From the NCBI GenBank assembly GCA_019057795.1, contig JAHLWS010000049.1, forward strand, positions 90,696-154,695: a DNA stretch of 64,000 nucleotides, read 5' to 3'. Position 1 is the first letter of the stretch. Each line of letters opens with the position of its first letter. The stretch is from Promethearchaeota archaeon (GTDB taxonomy: Archaea > Asgardarchaeota > Lokiarchaeia > Sigyniarchaeales > SOKP01). Made by a program: the position numbers and the translations under genes. Below are positions 50,371 through 60,528 of the stretch, in pieces. The notes below the pieces were generated by a model, which worked only from the letters and a program-made list of their open reading frames with translations, was not told where the DNA came from and ran no database searches.

Positions 50371-51690
50371 ATGATTAATCAAAAAATATTTATTTTTGAA
50401 TTTGTGAGTGGAGGAGGATACAATCAAGTTGATATTCCTTCGTCTTTATTTTGCGAAGGTTATGCAATGTTAAGAACCATTATAGAAGATTTTAAAAAAT
50501 TAGGTTTTCAAATTACTACATTATTAGATATTAGGATTGATTTTTTATCTCAATATTTAAAAGTAGATAAAATAAAACTAGTTAGAAAGAATGATGACTA
50601 TATAAAAGTTTATACAGATTGCTTAAATGAATGTATTTATTGTTTTATTATTGCCCCAGAATTTTCAAAACACCTCTATAAACTTACTCAAATAGCAAAA
50701 GATCTTAAAAAGAAAATCCTAAGTATAGATTTAAACGGTGTTTGGTTGGGAACATCTAAGCTAGAGACTTACAAATATTTTATAGCTAATAAAGTCAACA
50801 CTCCAAAAACCTATAAAATCCCTTTAAAAGGAGGAGAGATGGATGTAGATTTCATACTTCAAAAATTTGATCAGCTCGGTAGTTCCATAATAATGAAACC
50901 CGAAGATGGTGCAGGATCGGAATTACTATTTCACTTTACAACTAAAGATCAGATTTTACAGTTATTTGAAAGGCCTAAAGCAAAACTTGATACAGCTAGA
51001 AGCTATATAGTTCAAGAATATATTGATGGCGATGATTTAAGTATTTCTATAATTAACAGAACTAATCCTGAAAAGACTGACGCCATGGATCAGATAATTC
51101 TGAGTTTAAATACTCAAAATGTACAAAATCTAGATCCTAATAAAGATTCTCTCTACTTGGGAGGCTATACTCCAGTAGAAAATTATAAAGTTTTAAGAAA
51201 TAAATTCGAAAAGATTTTAAAATCCATGGACTTAAAAAGTTTCCAGGGATATTTTGGAATAGATTTCATAAAAAAAGCAGATAATTCTATCTATTTTATA
51301 GAGATTAACCCAAGATTAACTACATCATATATCGGTATTAGGAACATATTGGATTATAATCCTATAGAATTCCTATTTAATCAATATAAATCTAAATTTG
51401 AATTAACAAAATTAGAGCCAAATAAGTTTTCACATTTCACTCGATTAGAATTGAAATACTCTGGAAATAAATCGTTCAAAAATATATTGAATTCCATTAT
51501 CCCAAAATTAATGGGCGTGATTCCAGAAATAGTAACACCTCCAATTGCTTTAAGTAAAAAGGTTGTGGATCAAGACTTATCGTATTATTGTTTTATAGCA
51601 ACGAAAACAAAGGATTTAGATTCTTCAGAGAAAAGAATTTCTAAAATTATTAAGATTTTTGAAGACTTTAATTTTAAAAAAATTAAATAG
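50371..51690 (+). CDS. ATP-grasp ligase (MfnD/tyramine--glutamate ligase-like)
   Basis: FEFVSGGG, EGYAML, IIAPE, KPEDGAGS, GYFGIDF, EINPRLTTSY. Confidence 0.75.
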   Translation: MINQKIFIFEFVSGGGYNQVDIPSSLFCEGYAMLRTIIEDFKKLGFQITTLLDIRIDFLSQYLKVDKIKLVRKNDDYIKVYTDCLNECIYCFIIAPEFSKHLYKLTQIAKDLKKKILSIDLNGVWLGTSKLETYKYFIANKVNTPKTYKIPLKGGEMDVDFILQKFDQLGSSIIMKPEDGAGSELLFHFTTKDQILQLFERPKAKLDTARSYIVQEYIDGDDLSISIINRTNPEKTDAMDQIILSLNTQNVQNLDPNKDSLYLGGYTPVENYKVLRNKFEKILKSMDLKSFQGYFGIDFIKKADNSIYFIEINPRLTTSYIGIRNILDYNPIEFLFNQYKSKFELTKLEPNKFSHFTRLELKYSGNKSFKNILNSIIPKLMGVIPEIVTPPIALSKKVVDQDLSYYCFIATKTKDLDSSEKRISKIIKIFEDFNFKKIK

Positions 51691-52579
51691 ATAATAGAAG
51701 GATAATAGAAAAACCTCCGTAGTGGATCAACAGCGAAATAATTAACGATTTTTCAATTTTTAACTTTTTATTCACACTTAAATTATATGTTAACAACCAT
51801 AAAGACAATACTTGGAATAAAATTACGAGCACATTATCTAATATTCTAATTGCTGGTAAATTTAAAGAACCTGTAGAGAATAAGATAAAATGCAATACTA
51901 AGTAAATATCTATAGGAAATAAAATAATGGGAAAAGAAATTAAAAATTTCAAGGTATTATCTTTTTTTTTATAAATTATCCGACATATACCTTCGTTAAT
52001 TAGAAAAAAGAAAACAATATTGCCTATAAATATAATTGCAAGTATTATTTGAAGAATTGGTTCAATAAATTCAAATTCTATTATAGATTGCCCAAAAAAG
52101 AGAAATAAAGGAAATAAACCGTTCAAACCGCAAAATATTGCCCCTATTAAAGCAATCGTAATTGAAATTATTATCGTATAAATCATTTGGTTGCTTTCGT
52201 AATCAATATATTTTTTTGGAGTCAAACGCATTAATCCTTTCAAAATTGGCGAACTAAATTCTTTTTTACTAAAATCAGGAGTAATGATTGTATTTATGTT
52301 ATCCTTTAACGAATTGTAAGCATGGGTCCCCAATTCAGTTAAGTAATACTTCTTATCATCACGTTGTTCAATTAAATGAGATAGAGTGTCTAAATGGTGG
52401 TAAATCGTGCCCGTACTTACCTTTAATTCTTTTTTAAGGTATGTAAACGAAGTAAATTTATTCTCTCCAATAATGTTTATGATCTTTCTCCTAAGCCCAT
52501 GACCCAACGCGTAGTAAAAATTGGCCTCAGCATCGTAAATTTTAGCTTTTTTCGTATGCGTTTCTTCTTTTTCACTAAT
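51683..52579 (-). CDS. ArsR-like wHTH fused to a membrane domain; start extended to ATT at 52579
   Basis: ALGHGLRRKII..STGTIYHHL..YYLTELG followed by about 5 TM segments; upstream frame reads (M)SEKEETH after AGGGGA. Confidence 0.7.
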   Translation of the reverse strand: MSEKEETHTKKAKIYDAEANFYYALGHGLRRKIINIIGENKFTSFTYLKKELKVSTGTIYHHLDTLSHLIEQRDDKKYYLTELGTHAYNSLKDNINTIITPDFSKKEFSSPILKGLMRLTPKKYIDYESNQMIYTIIISITIALIGAIFCGLNGLFPLFLFFGQSIIEFEFIEPILQIILAIIFIGNIVFFFLINEGICRIIYKKKDNTLKFLISFPIILFPIDIYLVLHFILFSTGSLNLPAIRILDNVLVILFQVLSLWLLTYNLSVNKKLKIEKSLIISLLIHYGGFSIILLLSI

Positions 52580-52598
52580 TGTTTGATCCCCTTCTCAC

Positions 52599-53006
52599 TT
52601 AGCTTTCCTTAATTATAAGGACGTTTAAAATATCGAAGAATATTAATATTGAGCCCATAATTGAAAAGTAAAAACCTATTTGGGCGGTAGGAAGATAAAT
52701 GAATTCTTTTGTGACGATTTCAAAAATGAATATCAAAAAAAATCCCAACCCAACGAGATTAATTATAACAGAATTAATTCTATAATCTATTTTATAAACG
52801 ATTAAACCCGTTCCAACTAAACAGATTATTCCGCTAATTAGAGGGAATAGATATAAAAAAGAATCTTCAATTGCTACACTCGTTGTAATAATATATATGT
52901 ATAATAAAGATTGGTTGGAGAACCAAGATAAAAATTCTGATATTATCAATAAAATCGAACCAGTTAATCCCAACAAACGAAAATCTAAATATTTTTTGAT
53001 ATTCAT
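52599..53006 (-). CDS. Small membrane protein
   Basis: Four hydrophobic segments. Confidence 0.65.
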   Translation of the reverse strand: MNIKKYLDFRLLGLTGSILLIISEFLSWFSNQSLLYIYIITTSVAIEDSFLYLFPLISGIICLVGTGLIVYKIDYRINSVIINLVGLGFFLIFIFEIVTKEFIYLPTAQIGFYFSIMGSILIFFDILNVLIIKES

Positions 53007-53133
53007 AATTTTTTATGTTTTATACGATTTTTATATTAAAAAAACATTCAATAATTTTTATAAACTAAAATAGTAATATTAATTTAATCTTAAAATAGAA
53101 CTACAAAAAATCTTTAATTATAGTTGAACAGAA

Positions 53134-54507
53134 ATGTCATCGGAAAAAGAAAAAGAAATTGATCTGGACTCGATACCCCTTCTCGATTATTTGAAGCAAG
53201 CGATCCCCGTCGAGGAACTTAGGGATTTCTCGTCTGTAAGGCGTATTGGGAGCATAGATTTCGTAAAGGGCGTAGCAATTGTTTTTATAATAATGGCGCA
53301 TGCAGGAGGTGCGTGGCTCGATTCTACTTGGGTGTTTCTCTATGCTATAATGTTTACTTTTATGGACCTTCTTGGTCCATCTTTATTTGTTTTTTTATCC
53401 GCATTAAGCGTCGTATTTAGTATTCGGCGAAAAAAGGGAAAGTTACCGGAAAAGGTCATAAGAAATAGAATTTTCTCTCGAGGAATAATGATTATTGTAA
53501 TTGCAATTATATTCAATATAATTTCTATCGAGTTCACAATCGAAGGTTACTCTTTTCCCGCCACACTTTGGGGTTGGAACATCCTAATGTTTATAGGCGC
53601 TTCACAGATCTTCTCTTATTACGCTTTAAAACTTAGTAAAATTTCTCGAGCTGTAATAGGAATGTTTATTATATTTACATCTGACACAATTAGATTTTGG
53701 CTTTTTCAAGGAAAAGAAGCGGGAGATGTAATAATCTCTATTTTACATTATATTATAGTCTCACCTTCTCCTATGACCCCGTTGTTACCCTGGCTCTCAA
53801 TCTGTTTTCTTTCTTCGATTTTTGGAGAATTCCTGTATGAAGCCATGATTGGAGGAACGAAAAAAGATTATAAAAAGTTATTTCGAACCTTTTTATATTG
53901 GGGGATTTTCCTTGTTCTTGCTGGCATTTTTTTAGGTAGCAATGGTTACGTTTCCGGAGGTTTTACAACCAGTGAACTTCCAATAAATGAATATCCTTTT
54001 ATAGACCTCTTAAATGTAATACGAACACAAAGTATCATCCCCGGGGTTACATATCCTGGGATGTGGGAATTCTTAATTCGAGGACGAGCGCCTAACATGA
54101 TATACAATTTAGGAGCCGCGCTTTTACTCATTGCCATTAGTTTTTATTTTATCGATATAAAAAGGAAAATGAATGTTTTTATATCCATGATGAATTACTA
54201 TGGTAAAGTGTCGTTGAGTCTGTTTTTGCTACATTTTATATTTATTACGCTCTTTTTACATTCTCTCAATTTGGTTGTTTTTGTATTCGTTGTTCTTAGT
54301 TATATAGGATTTTGGGGGTTTTTAATGTATGTATGGAACGAATTTTATGGCGGCGCGGGTTCGCCGGAATGGATCATGGTCCAAGTCGGTAGAATTGGAC
54401 AGAAGACAGGGGAGACTGTTAAGAAAGAAATACGCATAATAGAAGAAGAAATAAAAGAGACGGTTCATAAAATAAAACGCGAACGCGATGAAGGTACAGA
54501 GGGATAA
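53134..54507 (+). CDS. Membrane acyltransferase (HGSNAT/DUF1624-like)
   Basis: RIGSIDFVKGVAIVFIIMAH, LFVFLS, PLLPW, GKVSLSLFLLH. Confidence 0.75.
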   Translation: MSSEKEKEIDLDSIPLLDYLKQAIPVEELRDFSSVRRIGSIDFVKGVAIVFIIMAHAGGAWLDSTWVFLYAIMFTFMDLLGPSLFVFLSALSVVFSIRRKKGKLPEKVIRNRIFSRGIMIIVIAIIFNIISIEFTIEGYSFPATLWGWNILMFIGASQIFSYYALKLSKISRAVIGMFIIFTSDTIRFWLFQGKEAGDVIISILHYIIVSPSPMTPLLPWLSICFLSSIFGEFLYEAMIGGTKKDYKKLFRTFLYWGIFLVLAGIFLGSNGYVSGGFTTSELPINEYPFIDLLNVIRTQSIIPGVTYPGMWEFLIRGRAPNMIYNLGAALLLIAISFYFIDIKRKMNVFISMMNYYGKVSLSLFLLHFIFITLFLHSLNLVVFVFVVLSYIGFWGFLMYVWNEFYGGAGSPEWIMVQVGRIGQKTGETVKKEIRIIEEEIKETVHKIKRERDEGTEG

Positions 54508-54650
54508 GTCGATACAAATAATTTCTAATAAAATTTTCAATAATTTTTAATTTCTTATCTCAATTTTTCTTTTTTGTGATAAAGTTTAAATTTTCACAAG
54601 ATAAGAATATTCTATAATAATTTTCAAGTAATAATTTTAATTGGTGAAAA

Positions 54651-55779
54651 ATGTCGATTGAAAATGAATTAAGAACGGCAACTGAATCTCCTCCACTGTT
54701 CAATTACTTACAAGAATTAATCCCATTAGAAGATATTAGGGATTTTGCCTCGCCAAAACGAATTGGAAGCATTGATTTTGTAAAAGGTTTCGCAATTGTT
54801 TTTATTATATTAGCGCATTCGGGTAGCGCTTGGTTAAACAGTGAAAACCAATATGTTTACGGGATATTATTTTCATTAATGGATTTCATGGCCCATCGCT
54901 ATTTGTTTTTCTTTCGGCTCTAAGCGTAATTTTCAGCATAAAAAACAAGCAAAATATACTCCCTATTAAAGTCATTCGCATGCGAATTTTCTCGAGAGGC
55001 GCGATGATTATCCTAATAGCGATGATTTATAATGTTGTATCCCTAACTTTGGATGGATTTGGCGTACCATTCCCTTTAAACCTTTGGGGTTGGAACATCT
55101 TGATGTTTATAGGCGCTTCACAGATCTTTTCATATTACGCTCTAAAATTAACTAAGTTTTATCGTGGCATTATTGCTATTTTAATCGTAATATTTTCAAA
55201 TGTGATTAGAGACCTAATTTTTGTTCCAGGATTAGAAGGGAATAATTTAATCGTAATCGTAATTCATTTTATAGTAATCGGATCAAATCCCATGGTACCC
55301 CTCCTTCCGGGTCTTGCTATCTGTTTTATTTCTACTATATTTGGAGAATATCTCCACGAAGCTATGAATAAGGGGACTGACGATGCGTATGTTGGTTTAT
55401 TTCGCATTTTTATGGTTTGGGGTATTATCTTGGTGGCGGTAGGTATTGGTTTAGGTACTAAATTGTACACTGAATCTTCAATGCCGGATGGACTCTTAGA
55501 ATATCCTCACATGATCTTATTAAGTGTAGCAAATGGACCAAGTCCATTTCAAAGCTATTTTGTAATTCCCGGAATGCCTGAGTTTTTGATCAGAGGTAGA
55601 GGTCCAAACATGTTTTATAATTTAGGTGCTGCGCTTTTAATAATAGCCATCTGCTTTTATTTTATTGATATCAAGAAGAAATATGGTAATTTCGTTAAAA
55701 TGCTAGTATATTACGGTAAAGTCCAGAGTGGCTAATGGCAGCGATGGGAAGACTTGGGAAGAAGAAACGAAAAAAATAG
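54651..55779 (+). pseudogene. Degraded paralog of the upstream acyltransferase
   Basis: 1-nt deletion near 54890 (GPSLFVFLSALS continues in another frame); internal deletion near 55720 joins YYGKV to out-of-frame SPEWLMAAMGRLG. Confidence 0.85.
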
Positions 55780-55921
55780 ATAAAAAAATACGCAAACTCA
55801 AAAATATTTTTTCCTTATTACTTTTTTCTTTCGAAATACCAACCAGTACAATCCTAAAAATATAAATACCTTTAAGATAATATTGAATATAGTAAAATTA
55901 ATAAAATAAAAATAGTAAATG

Positions 55922-55968
55922 TTCTCCTTAATAAGGATGAACTTTTGAACATCCTTAACCTAAGAGAA
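55922..55968 (+). promoter_or_regulatory. Hairpin/inverted repeat in the leader of the Rab-like gene
   Basis: TAAGGATG/CATCCTTA perfect 8 bp, enclosed by TTCTC/GAGAA. Confidence 0.35.
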
Positions 55969-55982
55969 ATAATCGCATTCCG

Positions 55983-56525
55983 TTGGTGATATCATTGGAT
56001 AATTCGTCAAATAAATCGTCGTTTAAGTTTAAAGTTTGTTTGTTTGGGCCTGGGAATGTAGGTAAAACCTCCTTACTCGTCAGATATATAAAAGATTACT
56101 TTTCCTCCGATTTAAAGCAAACCATTGGTTCGAATTTCTTGATAAAGGATGTTGAAATTGACCAAAAAAATGTTAGACTTCTATTATGGGACATTGGTGG
56201 ACAAGATCAGTTTGCAAAACTACGTACGATATATTTTAAAGGGAGCAATGCAGCACTTGGAGTATTCGATTTAACTTCGCCTCAATCCCTTTTAAAACTC
56301 CCTGGATGGATTAGTAGTATAAAGAAAACAGTTAAAAAGTCAATACCTATACTTATAGTGGGAAATAAGAAAGATTTAGAACGCCAAATTGAGAGGAGTG
56401 AGGCAGAAGACTTGGCAAAGCGATTAAATTGCGAGTATTTAGAAACTTCTGCTAAAACTGGCGAGAATGTTGAAATAGCTTTTGATAAATTAGCTCGAGC
56501 TTTGATCTCAAGCATCGAAAGATAA
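55983..56525 (+). CDS. Rab-like small GTPase
   Basis: GPGNVGKT, TIG, WDIGGQ, NKKD, ETSAK. Confidence 0.95.
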   Translation: MVISLDNSSNKSSFKFKVCLFGPGNVGKTSLLVRYIKDYFSSDLKQTIGSNFLIKDVEIDQKNVRLLLWDIGGQDQFAKLRTIYFKGSNAALGVFDLTSPQSLLKLPGWISSIKKTVKKSIPILIVGNKKDLERQIERSEAEDLAKRLNCEYLETSAKTGENVEIAFDKLARALISSIER

Positions 56526-56557
56526 ATTTCAATGCCCTATTTAATCGTTCAACCCTT

Positions 56558-57187
56558 CTAGCCTACCTTTATGTCAAATTTTTGTATCTCTTCAACCAAA
56601 TTATCCAATCCAATAAATCTTATTGAATTTATTCCCAATACCCGAGCTGATCGAACATTATTAAAACCATCGTCAATAAATATAATTTCTTCTGGTTTAC
56701 ACCCTGCTATTTTTAAAGCATACTCGAAAACTTTCGGGTCCGGTTTTGTCATGTGTATTTCATGCGAGAGAATAAAATCGTCAAAAAGCTCCCAAATATC
56801 CCATTTTTGTTTCTTTAAATAAGTCCAATGACTAGAATTAATATTTGACATGCATATTATCTTTAGATTATTTAAAGTTTTGATTTTTCTAATTAACTCA
56901 ACCATATCTAGATTGAGGTCTGCAATAATACTATTAAACGCGTTATAAAACTCAGTTTGATTAAGAGCACATACTTCAAGCAATTCGCAAGCTTGTTGGT
57001 AGAACTCTTTATCTGTTATTCTACCTTGATGATAAGTATCTGATTGACGAAAAAATTCTAACATTATTGGAGTTTTAGGTTTATTCAAAGGAGATGGAGT
57101 TATTACTTCATTAAAGAACCTGCTAAAATCTAAATCGATAAGTACATCTCCTAAATCGATTATAATACACTTTATTTTTGTAATCAT
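56558..57187 (-). CDS. HAD-superfamily phosphatase
   Basis: DLGDVL, SN, KPDP, FIDD. Confidence 0.9.
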   Translation of the reverse strand: MITKIKCIIIDLGDVLIDLDFSRFFNEVITPSPLNKPKTPIMLEFFRQSDTYHQGRITDKEFYQQACELLEVCALNQTEFYNAFNSIIADLNLDMVELIRKIKTLNNLKIICMSNINSSHWTYLKKQKWDIWELFDDFILSHEIHMTKPDPKVFEYALKIAGCKPEEIIFIDDGFNNVRSARVLGINSIRFIGLDNLVEEIQKFDIKVG

Positions 57188-57212
57188 ACATCACCTATAT
57201 ATAATTCATGCG

Positions 57213-59273
57213 TTACTTTCTAAAATACACTTTGGTTGAAAATCGTCTAAAAGGTTTTGGTAATTTGTGTTTAGGGAAACCTTTCGTGTCGTTGTCGAGC
57301 ATTTCCAGTAGTTCGCTTAATTTTATATTGTTTATGTTTTTTGAAGTGCCTTTTTTTGGGCCAATTGGTTGACCGATTAATCTTTTTCGTACCGAAATGG
57401 TTTGATCTTCTTGCTCTTTTTTACCTAATATTATTGTATATGGTATCCATTCTATTTCTGATTGTCGAATTTTTTTCCCTAATTTCTCATCTCTATCGTC
57501 AAAATCTACTCTGTAGGATTCTTTACTGAGAATCTCCAAAACTTTTTCAGCGTATTCTTTCTGATCTTCACTAACCGTGATAATTCTAACTTGTATAGGG
57601 GATATCCACGTCTTAAATCCGGGAACAATTTTGTTCTTATCCCTAATAGCTGTTTCAATCAACCCCCATAAAATTCTTTCTAGCCCCCCCGTTGGAGAAT
57701 TGTGAAGAATTACAGGATACTTCTTTATACCATCAATATCTGTAAAATGAATGTTATATTTTTGTCTCTTTTTTCCTTTGTTATCGACCATATATTCAAG
57801 CGAACTTTCTACGTCAATTTGGTTAGTTGAGAGCGTAGCGCTTCTATTTTGAGCTGAGAGGACTGGTCTTTCGAACTTTAAAACAAAGTAAAAGTACCTT
57901 TCTTCCCATAATTCTAATAAAGCTGGTTGTCCTTCTTTCTTTATCAATTCTTTAATCCATTCTTTATTTTCTCTATAAAAATCTTGAGTTGCTCTGAAAA
58001 TAATGTAAGATTTTATTCCCAGGTCGTCTAAAAGATTTTTTATTAAGAAATATTGACTTTTAAATTCTTCTACGGAGGACTTTACATCTTTGCATAATGT
58101 GTGCATATCAGGCATTACAAAAGTTCTTAACCTTCTCAAGCCTGTAAGTTCTCCTTTCATTTCCCGTCTAAAGGAATACTGTTCCCATTCATATATTCTT
58201 AATGGGAAATAATGAGGTTTTAAATTCATAGAGCTTAATAAATCAAAAAGTAAGAAATCAGAAGCATATCTTAATATATACCTATCATTTCCCGATTCAA
58301 CCCAATAACTCCTCGCTGGAAAACGTGCAGTTTGTGCCGTTAACTTTTTGTTTTTAGTCGTATACATAAGAGGAGTGTCAATAAGAATAGCGCCATAGTC
58401 AATTATCCTATCTTCCACAAAACTTTTAATCAAGTTTTTCATGATCACTCCTTTACTATACCAACGGAGATTCCCCGCATCTGTATTTGGGTCGAAATCT
58501 ACAAGCTCAAATTCTTTCATTACTTTGATATGAGCTGGTTCGACACCTTCATCTATTCTTTTTGTTCCTAATTCAGATTTTAAGAAAAGTTGGAAATCTT
58601 CGTCTTTAATCTCTTTTAATGGCAATACATTTTTATATTCATCAAATTCTAAATTTAATTCAGTTCCTTGGGGAGTAATTACTTTAAATACAGCATTTTC
58701 TATGTGTTCTCCGGGTTGAATATATAACTTTACATCTCGGTACATCTCAGCTACTTCGTGACCAATACAGTTTATTTTAAAAGATTTGTACCAACCAAAT
58801 GGAGAAAATTTTGCTTTTATACCCTTATCTTTTAAGAATTCTGCTATTTTAGGGCAAACATCCATAGCGTTTGATTCATTACTAAGAAATTTACTTAAAT
58901 GCGCCCAAGGGTAAACTAATACTTGATCAACCCTATATGTGCCCCTTTCCTTTATTAACTCAAGAATCTTTCTTGGTTTCCCTTTAGTTTGGCCACTTTC
59001 AATCTTTTTATTATATTCTCTTATTTCTTCGTTTTTGATTCTAATCTTTTCCGGAAAATTCGTTATTTGAATTATTGCGTCTTCTATCACTTGAGCACCT
59101 TGTTTGGAAATCAAATCCGTATCGTATGTATCTTGATCTTCTACAGATACATAAGCTACTAAAATTAACCCCTCCATTTTAATTACATCTTCGGGAAAAT
59201 CTTGTGGATTGCTTGTGGCTACTTTATTTTTAGTAACTTGAACGCCATCAGAATGAATTAGCAAAATCTTCAT
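57213..59273 (-). CDS. thrS: Threonyl-tRNA synthetase, archaeal type
   Basis: MKILLIHSD, YPWAHLS, PFGWYKSF editing domain; FRRE, MPDMH. Confidence 0.95.
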   Translation of the reverse strand: MKILLIHSDGVQVTKNKVATSNPQDFPEDVIKMEGLILVAYVSVEDQDTYDTDLISKQGAQVIEDAIIQITNFPEKIRIKNEEIREYNKKIESGQTKGKPRKILELIKERGTYRVDQVLVYPWAHLSKFLSNESNAMDVCPKIAEFLKDKGIKAKFSPFGWYKSFKINCIGHEVAEMYRDVKLYIQPGEHIENAVFKVITPQGTELNLEFDEYKNVLPLKEIKDEDFQLFLKSELGTKRIDEGVEPAHIKVMKEFELVDFDPNTDAGNLRWYSKGVIMKNLIKSFVEDRIIDYGAILIDTPLMYTTKNKKLTAQTARFPARSYWVESGNDRYILRYASDFLLFDLLSSMNLKPHYFPLRIYEWEQYSFRREMKGELTGLRRLRTFVMPDMHTLCKDVKSSVEEFKSQYFLIKNLLDDLGIKSYIIFRATQDFYRENKEWIKELIKKEGQPALLELWEERYFYFVLKFERPVLSAQNRSATLSTNQIDVESSLEYMVDNKGKKRQKYNIHFTDIDGIKKYPVILHNSPTGGLERILWGLIETAIRDKNKIVPGFKTWISPIQVRIITVSEDQKEYAEKVLEILSKESYRVDFDDRDEKLGKKIRQSEIEWIPYTIILGKKEQEDQTISVRKRLIGQPIGPKKGTSKNINNIKLSELLEMLDNDTKGFPKHKLPKPFRRFSTKVYFRK

Positions 59274-59409
59274 ATAATCACTTAGAATTGGGAGTTTATT
59301 ATATTTACAAAAATTAAATAATAATTTATTATTTTAAAGAATCCTTTTGATAATTAACTATATTTAAAATTGAAATTATAATTAAAATTAAATTTATTTA
59401 TTTATAAGA

Positions 59410-60030
59410 ATGAAGCTTAATAAGATTTTCTCAGAATTAACCGAAGTTCTGGATAAATTAGATCAAGATAGAGAAGAAATACTCAAAATGTCCAGAAGGA
59501 TAATTCGGGAATGTAGTATTGCAATAAAACATATACATCGAAAAGAATTTAATCAATATCGCGAAAAAGTTTCAAATATAAAACAAAACCATAAAGAACT
59601 ATTATTATTGGTAAAAAATAATCCAGGCGTTTTAGCCAAGTATTTAAAAACTGCAGAACAAGAATACGCAGAAGCTGTTTCTTTTTATTCTATTATTTCA
59701 AAAGAGGCTCTTCCATTGCCTAGCGAATTAAACATTACCCCTTTAAATTATGCTTTAGGGCTTGCTGATGTAATCGGAGAATTGCGAAGATACGCGTTAG
59801 ATAATATTAGAAATTCTAATATAGACGATCTAAACTATATTTTAGAAAGTATGGATGATATCTACACGCAATTATTTTCGCTTGATTACCCCTCTGGATT
59901 AACTCAAGATTTAAGGCATAAAATAGATGTAGCGAGAAGTATAATAGAGAAAACTAGAGGAGATATTTCAATCTCTCTTCAAATGACCGATTTAAAAAGA
60001 TGTGTGGAAAGAAGTCTTAAATCTTCATAA
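59410..60030 (+). CDS. Translin/TRAX family protein (archaeal C3PO-like)
   Basis: REEILK.SR, QEYAEA, GLADVIGELRR, LRHKID. Confidence 0.85.
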   Translation: MKLNKIFSELTEVLDKLDQDREEILKMSRRIIRECSIAIKHIHRKEFNQYREKVSNIKQNHKELLLLVKNNPGVLAKYLKTAEQEYAEAVSFYSIISKEALPLPSELNITPLNYALGLADVIGELRRYALDNIRNSNIDDLNYILESMDDIYTQLFSLDYPSGLTQDLRHKIDVARSIIEKTRGDISISLQMTDLKRCVERSLKSS

Positions 60031-60074
60031 TTTTTAATATTTTAATTGAATACATTAAAACGAGATGAAAAAAA

Positions 60075-60512
60075 ATCGTTAAAAAAGTACTTATTGCTGG
60101 AACTTTTGATCTGCTCCATCCCGGACATTTATACTTAATCCAAGAAGCTGCTAAAATGGGTGATGTCTACGTCATAGTATCTACAGATAAAAACGCAGAG
60201 AAATTTAAAAATTATCAAATAATAGTACCTGAGGATCAGAGATTAGAAGTAATAAAAAATATAAAAAATGTAAAAGAAGCTAGATTAGGAAGATCTGATA
60301 ACGATACGCTTAAGACTGTTGAAGAAATAAATCCGGACATCATTCTCTTGGGGCCAGATCAAAAATACGATCTAGAAATACTAAAGCGAGAATTAATAAA
60401 AAAAGGACTGACCCACATAACAGTTAAAAGGTTAGATACTTATTATGATAAATGTAAATTACACTCTTCTAGTCTTATTAAAAAGAAAATTGTAGAACAA
60501 TTTAAAAAATAA
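60075..60512 (+). CDS. ribL: FAD synthase (cytidylyltransferase family); start extended to ATC at 60075
   Basis: The required AGTFDLLHPGH motif lies upstream of the track's ATG; also LGPDQ, HSSS; adjacent to ribK. Confidence 0.85.
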   Translation: MVKKVLIAGTFDLLHPGHLYLIQEAAKMGDVYVIVSTDKNAEKFKNYQIIVPEDQRLEVIKNIKNVKEARLGRSDNDTLKTVEEINPDIILLGPDQKYDLEILKRELIKKGLTHITVKRLDTYYDKCKLHSSSLIKKKIVEQFKK

Positions 60513-60528
60513 ACTTATTGGTGGACTA

